NCBI RefSeq assembly: GCF_009914755.1
Contig: NC_060940.1
Length of the DNA stretch: 64,000 nt
Source: the human T2T-CHM13v2.0 reference genome, Homo sapiens
Strand: one strand, 5' to 3'
Part shown: positions 55,927-64,000 of the stretch, piece after piece
Layout of the letters: each line of letters begins with the position of its first letter
Numbering within the stretch: position 1 is the stretch's first letter
The notes under the pieces: generated by a model
Databases searched by the model: none
Seen by the model: only the letters and a program-made list of their open reading frames with translations
What the model was told of the DNA's origin: nothing
Made by a program: the position numbers and the translations under genes

Positions 55927-56793
55927 GAAGTGAGTTTTTTTTGTGTATTCTGAAAGGTTCCCAAGCTCGCCGCAGCCTGCTATTGTATTTAAAGGGTGCC
56001 CTTTGCTGCGTAACTAGGGCAAAGAAGAACCAACTGGCTGTTCCCCACTGGCTGTGGAGAGTTCCAGCTCATCCACCCTGCCTCTGTGGCTGAGTCGGGG
56101 AGAAAAGGACAAAGTTTTTCTCCCGCAACTGGGCCACCAAACCAGCAGAGCCTCCAGCCAGGGTGGTCTCGAGGAGGCCCATTACCGGCTGGAGTGACAG
56201 AGTGTGTCAAGCCTGCAGCTCGTCCCGTGTCTAATGGAACAGAAACAAGCACCCTGCTGCCCTTGTTTTCCAGTGGCTCACCGGGGCTCTGCGAGGTTTA
56301 TTAATCTTAGCGTATAATGGAAAATGTGTTGCCATGTGAAATCTAGAGCCTCTGTTCACTACTCCGCGAATTGAAGGCGGCAGGAGTCTTTGTCTCATTT
56401 ACACACAGTGCCTGCGAGAGACTCTTAGGGCAGAAGAACGCCGTCGTAAAAATCCGTGCGGAATTTGAAAGTGTGCATTAATGCATGTGACCAGATGGTT
56501 CTAAAATATGCCACTTTCACCAAAAATCATCCTCTGAAAAACTCTTCTGAACAACATCGGCTGTGCATAGTAACTGCCTTGAGTGGGGCCATTTTAGAAA
56601 ATATATGAGGTACGGGATGAAGATGAGGGAGGAAAATGGTTCCTACTTATCATTACTTTGTCCCTCCAAAAGCCTGCATGCGGGAAGAAAAATCCACCCA
56701 GTGCAAGAACCGTGGCAGTACTCAGACCATTTAGAATCACTTTGAGTTATTACCAAGAAATTGCTAACCACTGCTTTCCAAGTTATATATTAA

Positions 56794-57192
<399 letters not shown>

Positions 57193-58674
57193 TAAGTTTG
57201 TTTTCTGCTTCTGTCTTACACGTTTTACGGGCTATCAGTAGATGCATCTAATAATCCTAACACTGTCATCCTTATACTTGAGGTCTTATTGTCCACTTCT
57301 ACCTTAGCTATGTAAACAGATGAGTAACCTACTCTGGATTTACCCAGATAGTGCTGTTAGGCACCACACACGATGAGATTGGAGGCACCTGGGTGTCAGC
57401 CTCTTGGGCTGGCTCATTACAGGCCACTCTGTCTGAGGAACACTCAGGTTTGCAAACCGTTTCTTAAAATTACAGGATACCTAGGGACCTGTTGGGGTGG
57501 GAGGGAAGAACCCTATGGGCAGAAATGTGACTTTCTGTAGCAAAGATGTACTGTTTCCCACTGAGAAGAATCAAAAATAGAAAAGTGCTTCCTTGTCTCT
57601 CTATATTGTTATTAAAACAAGTAGATGCATTTTCATTGAATCAAGGCAGTTTTCCTTTATAAAATGTCCTATTTCATATCACTGTTCAAACTTGACATCC
57701 ACATTTGAGTTGGTTTAAAATATCACTGTTTTGTTGACATTCACCTGTATTATACATTTCAGTTGGTCAAGTCATTTAATTTATCATAAACCATTTAAGG
57801 AGCAGTTGGAGAAAAGGGGGAAAAAGTTAAATGTTAATGATTCTTTTCGTAACTGCAATTTTATCGGCTCCTTTTTGTACATATATGATTATGAAGCAAT
57901 TTGCATGAAATTTACACCTTTTCAAATTTTGAAAATTGCCTTGTTGAAAAAGAATCGCTGTACTTCTCAATACTACACTGATTAATCACAGTTATAGAGT
58001 AGACATAACATTTTTATTAAACTCTCAGTGAGCAGGAAAATTAGCACTTCCTGCAATAACGATACTAATTTCATTAGTGAACGTTTTCATTTATAAAGTG
58101 CTTCTTCCTTATCTTGAACCTTTTATCCTCTTCTTATTGACCAAAGAGAGGGCATATCTTTGGGAGCTGCTAATAAACCATATTCGTAATATGATGTGAC
58201 CTCATCGACAGGCTGCTGCTTCTAGCTCATCATCTTCCTTGATCATAAATACCCATCGGTACCTCTTGTCACATGGTGCTCTTAGAGCTTCCTCTTTGAA
58301 TTTCACATGTGATAAGAGATGGTTTCCATCCTGAAGAGCTTGCAGTGGGATGGTTATCGGAAAGATTAAAACTCTAAAACTAACAGGTGGATATAAATAT
58401 AAAGAAAATACAGTATTTTGTTGATTTATGTTCATATAACTTCTTTATTGGTAAAAGGGAGACAGGTGAGAATACAGGAAATCCTTGTGGCCTTGTTTGC
58501 CTTTTTTAGAAATTTAACTTTGCAAACAAACTCAGGGGAAACTAGTGAGGTGGAAATAAAGAATGCTAGACTACGGGTCTGGGGCCCAAGTGTTTTATTA
58601 ATATAAAAACTTGCGTATAAATGTCCAGTTTCACCACCAAATCCTTTCTGAAACATTGGTAGTAGATGAACTAA

Positions 58675-58963
<289 letters not shown>

Positions 58964-58964
58964 T

Positions 58965-59330
58965 GCTGCAGTTACTCAACCAGCTTCCTACTAGAAGCCA
59001 GGCGTTTCTCAAGCTTCTGAAGACACAAAGGTGAACCCCAGACAAGCCAGGTTTACAGAGTGTGCATTTCAGTGGGGGAGCCAGCCAAAAAATCAGTAAA
59101 CACCAAGATAAAATATATTCCAGTGGCGATACATTTTCAGAAACAAACAAACATGGCACTGGGCTGGAAATGAATGGCAGGGGAGAAGGCGGGCGGGGCA
59201 AGCTTTGGAAAGCACGGGCAGGTAAGGACAGGGTTTCAAAGGTGAGAAGGAGCTGGCAGTGTGAATAGCCAGGGGAAAAGTGTTGTGGGTAGAAGGAACA
59301 GAAAGTGAAACGGTGCCCTGGCAAGGCAAA
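58965..59330 (-). mobile_element. L2 fragment
   Basis: CCTACTAGAAGCCAGGC..TAAGGACAGGGTTTC..GGGTAGAAGGAACAG..TGCCCTG. Confidence 0.6.
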
Positions 59331-59937
59331 GATTATTCATGGCTGAAGAGACTATGTTGCCCAGATGACTTGTTCATGTAATCTGTGATTTTTAAATTTA
59401 GAATTGAGGTTTGAAGGGAAGTATTGCTCCTTTCTTTATCTGCAATGGGAAAGCTTACTGTAGTTACTTACAGTAGAAGAGAAATGTACATTTCTGAAAA
59501 TCCACTGAGGAAGAAAGGGGCAGTGATGATTCTAAATGTTAATAATGCAGACAGCCTTTGCTTTATGTATCAATTTTTGTAAATGTGTTGCTTAAATAGA
59601 TTTTTATGAGCCAGTAATGGTTTAGAAAGGTAAATGACTTGCCCAAGGTCATACACCCAGTACACTTGGGAGCCAAAATTCATCATAGATGACTTTGTGA
59701 AATGTCCCATTAAATGTGTATATATATATATAGTGTGCATTACAGCTTAACAGACACACATTCATTTGACACATTATGTTTTAACTTTATTAATAAGTTT
59801 TTGTGGGCATAGGTCTTGTTTTGCCAACTTGACATGTGGATTTTAAAGGGCAAGTGCCTTAGAATACAAACTGTCCTATAAAGAATACCATATTATCGAA
59901 AGGATGTTCAAACTCATCAGTTAGAGGCGTTGCAGTT

Positions 59938-60223
59938 GGCTGGGTGCAGTGGCTCACACCTGTTATCTCCGCACTTAAGGAGTCCAAGGCAGGTGGATTA
60001 CTTGAGGTCAGAAGCTCCAGACCAGCCTGGCCAACATGGTGAAACCCCTTCTCTACTAAAAATAGAAAATTAGCCAGGCGTGGTGGTATGTGACTGCAAT
60101 CCCAGCTACTCGGGAGGGTGAAGCAGGAGAATCGCTGGAACCCGGGAGACAGGTTGTAGTGAGCTGAGATGTCGCCACTATACTCTAGCCTGGGCAACAG
60201 AGCTAGATTCCATCTCAAAAAAA
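59938..60223 (+). mobile_element. Alu (AluS)
   Basis: Dimer; TSD AGGC(G/A)TTGC(A/T)GTT. Confidence 0.95.
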
Positions 60224-60663
60224 GGCATTGCTGTTAATACAACAATGATAAGTTATTTCACACTCACCAGATTGGCAAAACGTTAAGTACTAAGGTCATA
60301 ACAAGCACTGGAAGGATGTGGAGAAATAGGGAATTTTATGCATTACTGAACTGAAACAGCCATTTTGGAAAATATTTTGGTATTACGTAATAAAGTAGTA
60401 CTTAGCAACTTATGCAATTTGGTTCCTATAAAGATGCCTTAGAGAAACTGTTGAGAACTAGGAAAAGCTCAGGAATGTTTCTGGTGCATAATTTGTGATA
60501 GCAAGAACCTGAAAGTCCTCCAAAAGCCGTCTACAATGAAATGGGGAAATTAATGGTGGCACATTCCTGCATAGGAGATAGCAGTGATAATGGGTGGATA
60601 CCAGAACGTGCATCAACACAGAAGAATCTCAGCAACATAATTCAGGATTAAAACAGCGTTTAC

Positions 60664-60983
<320 letters not shown>

Positions 60984-61358
60984 TTACATAGGAGAATATA
61001 TACAGTATGATTCAATTTATAGAAAGCTTAAAGTATAGGCAAAGCTAAACATTCAGGATATTTGATAAAACTATAAAGAAAACCAAGGGAATGAAGAATG
61101 CAAAATATGAGCTAGTGTTTTCCCAGGTGTGAGGGACGGGGCATGGTTGGGAGGAAAACAGAATGGTGCCATGGCGAGAGATACACAGGGGAGGTATTGG
61201 AAAGTTCTGTTTCTTAAAATGAGTGACAGGTACCTAGGTAGTCATTCTATATGTTATTAAAGTGTACACACATTGCTTATGTGAAGTCTTGTTATATGTG
61301 GCACATATCACATAATCTGAAAGAATCTGCTTCCTGTAGTAAAAATTAAAAAAATTAT

Positions 61359-61667
61359 AGCCGGGCACGGTGGCTCACGCCTGTAATCCCAGCACTTTGG
61401 GAGGCCAAGGCAGGCGGATCACGAGGTCAGGAGAGAGACCACCCTGGCTAACATGATGAAACCCCGTCTGTACCAAAAATACAAAAAATTAGCCAGGCAT
61501 GGTGGCGGGGTGCCTGTAGTCCCAGCTGCTCAGGAGGCTGAGGCAGGAGAATGGCGTGAACCCAGGAGGCAGAGCTTGCAGTGAGCCGAGATCGTGCCAC
61601 TGCACTCCAGCCTGGGCAACACAGCGTGACTCCATCTCAAAACAAACAAACAAAACAAAACAAAAAA
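61359..61667 (+). mobile_element. Alu (AluY) with (CAAA)n tail
   Basis: GGATCACGAGGTCAGG, CTGGCTAACA, GAATGGCGTGAACCC, GAGCTTGCAG. Confidence 0.95.
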
Positions 61668-62161
61668 GGTTTAAGAAATGTTCTAGTACCTTGAAACCAA
61701 AATAGGTGTCAGATACTTGGCTGTTTTGTTTTTTCTTCTTAGCCATTTTGACCTGTGAGATTTTATGTGATGAAAACATAAGAATGTGGTATTACACCCT
61801 GTGATTTGAATTTTCCATACTCCATTCCATTCTATATGTCAGATGCATCTTCCTAAAACACACCTTTGTCACATCACTCCTCTGCTCAAAAACATTCAGT
61901 GGCTCCCTGGGCCCTCTGGGACTAAGTTTATAATGCTCAGCTTGTCATTCCTTTGCCCAGTGTACTCTCTGTCTCACTAATTTGTTCATTATTTTAATGC
62001 ATTTTCTTGAATACACTTCTGTAGACAGCCATAAGATGGGTAGCAGGAATGCTGCACTGAACCATAATCCAAAGCTTTCATCAGGTTCACTTGCTTCCTG
62101 TCCTTGCCACACCATCTGCTCATTCTCGATCTCCACTTGAACACACTTCACATTCTCCACT

Positions 62162-62760
62162 TGTGTATCATTCACTATTCTTGCTACATAAATTAACACA
62201 AATTTTGCAGCTTAAAACAGCACACATTTATTATTTCATGGTTTCTGTGGATCAGGAATCTGAGTATCAGACTTAGCTGGGTCCTCTACCTAGGGTTTCA
62301 CAAAGTTGCAATCATATATTGGCCAGGGTGTGTTCTAATTTGGTAGCTTGACTGGGGAGGAATTGGCTTCCCAAATCACCCAGATTACTAGCAGACTTTA
62401 TTTCCTTGTAGCTTTTTGACTCGGCCTGGCTTCTTGCTGACTGTTGGCTGTTGGCTGGAGGTACCCCTCAGCTCCTAGAGGCATCAACAGTTCCTGAATA
62501 TCTGGGCTTTTCCCACAAAGCAGCTTCCTTCATCAAGCCAGCAACAAGAGTCTCTGGGGCAAGTTGGTCAACAAGATGGTGTCTTACATGCCCAATGTAA
62601 TCATGGAAGCCATGTATACCTCATCACATTTGCCAGATTTCTGCTGATTAATACCAAGTCAGAAGTCCTGCACACATTCAAAGGGAGGACACTGCACAAT
62701 GGTGTGAATACCAGGTGGTAGGGATTATGTGGGGCCACCTTACAGTCTATCAGCCACAAC
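62162..62760 (-). mobile_element. MaLR LTR (MLT1)
   Basis: GCAGCTTAAAACAGCACACATTTATTAT.TCATGGTTTCTGTGGATCAGGAATCTG..GGTGTGAATACCAGG..GGGGCCACCTTA. Confidence 0.85.
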
Positions 62761-62916
62761 TTGAAGTATCTTCTCTCCTCTTTGCTGCCAAATAATGTCT
62801 CTGAAGACTGTAAGACCTGAATCCTATCTAAAGTTGTCGGTGGTTGCTTCCTTCCTGAAAGCAACAAGAAGCCCATGAATGTCTTATGGCCTGAAGATCT
62901 GCCTTCAAAGACTACT

Positions 62917-63349
62917 ACCTGTGTTGTCACAAATGGCAAGATTTCATCCTTTTTATGGCTGAATAATATTTCACTGTATATGTGAACCACATTTTTAAAA
63001 ATGCATTTCTGAACCTGAAGGACATTATGTTAAGTCAAATAAGCCAGACACAGACAGACAAAGACATATGATCTGACTAACAATGTGGAATCTGAAAAAA
63101 CCAAGCTCATAGAATAGAAACAGAGAGTGAGAATGGTGGTTGCTGGGGCTAGGGGGTCAGTGAAGTGGGGAGGTGTTGATCTAAGGGTTCAAACTTCTCG
63201 TTAATAATAAACCAGTTCTGGAGATCTAATGTACAGCATGAGTGGTGATGGATGTGTTAATTAATTCGATTGTGATAATCATTACACAATGTATATAGTA
63301 ATCAAATCATTACTTTATAGACCCTGAATATATTCAATATTTATTTTTC

Positions 63350-63385
<36 letters not shown>
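62917..63385 (+). mobile_element. L1 (L1MA/MB-like) 3' fragment with 5' inversion and (TA)n tail
   Basis: 62917-63009 antisense; 63010 onward sense TGAACCTGAAGGACATTATGTTAAGT.AAATAAGCCAG..GAGATCTAATGTACAGCATG. Confidence 0.85.
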
Positions 63386-63388
<3 letters not shown>

Positions 63389-64000
63389 AAGCTGTCATGG
63401 AAAGCCTTAAAGTTAAAATACGAAGATTTTTGAGAAAAACTTTGCATATTTTAATTGCTGTCTGGAATCCTCCTTCAGCTGGGATGAGAAATCATCTCTG
63501 GGTTAGTTCTGTCCCTGGAGGTGAGGGCCAGACAACACATCAAAACTGACTTTTTATTTTTTTTCAAAGTTGTTAAGACTATCTAAGATTCAGATCTCCC
63601 TAATACTGTTCCTAGTTAGTATTTAGAACGTATTTGTTTAGAGGATACTAGCCTGAAATAGCCCTATCTCCAGGTTGTCTGATGCGATGAGGATGTGGTG
63701 TTAATCTTACACCTACCCATTAGTCTATAAAACTCCTGAGGGATGCTCAGGAAACCAAAAAGGATGTCTGCATGGAGGACAAGAAGGCACAAATCGTCTG
63801 ATTTCACCCCATCCTAAGATCTTGTGACTTCAGCTTTGTTTTGGACTGGGGCATTGGATCTCCCACATGCCCTCTCTTAAGTCGTGCATTTGACGCATAT
63901 TTAATAAGCACCTACTGTGTGCCATTAGAGACCATGATACAGTTTTGAAAGCCTAGCCTGAATAATGGATGACACCCTCCTAAAGCCACGATTTGGTCTT

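Overview
Human non-coding genomic DNA, either a large intron or intergenic. I find no convincing protein-coding exon, intact RNA gene or CRISPR array, and I cannot name the host gene. A near-consensus AluYa5 at 29554 supports human origin. The window holds about 32 Alu elements or monomers (J, S, Y and Ya5; roughly 15 on + and 17 on -), many MIR, L2 and old L1 fragments, MaLR LTRs (THE1, MLT1/MST), an ERV1 solo LTR with a 4-bp TSD, and DNA-transposon relics (MER20, MER30, MER58A, MER5, MER102, a piggyBac-derived MER85 and half a MADE1). It also has a 27-bp minisatellite and several repeat-free blocks that may be regulatory. The ORF track entries appear to be Alu-derived, repeat-derived or chance ORFs. 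I found no novel system that I can support. The best leads are a MER85 with an extended CSB-PGBD3-type palindrome, a possible highly degenerate U8-snoRNA-like segment overlapping a candidate exon, a fold-back inversion in an Alu linker, a twin-primed L1 inversion and a VNTR carrying forkhead-like motifs. Family calls come from remembered consensus sequences, not a search, and boundaries of old repeats are approximate (about +/-20-50 bp).
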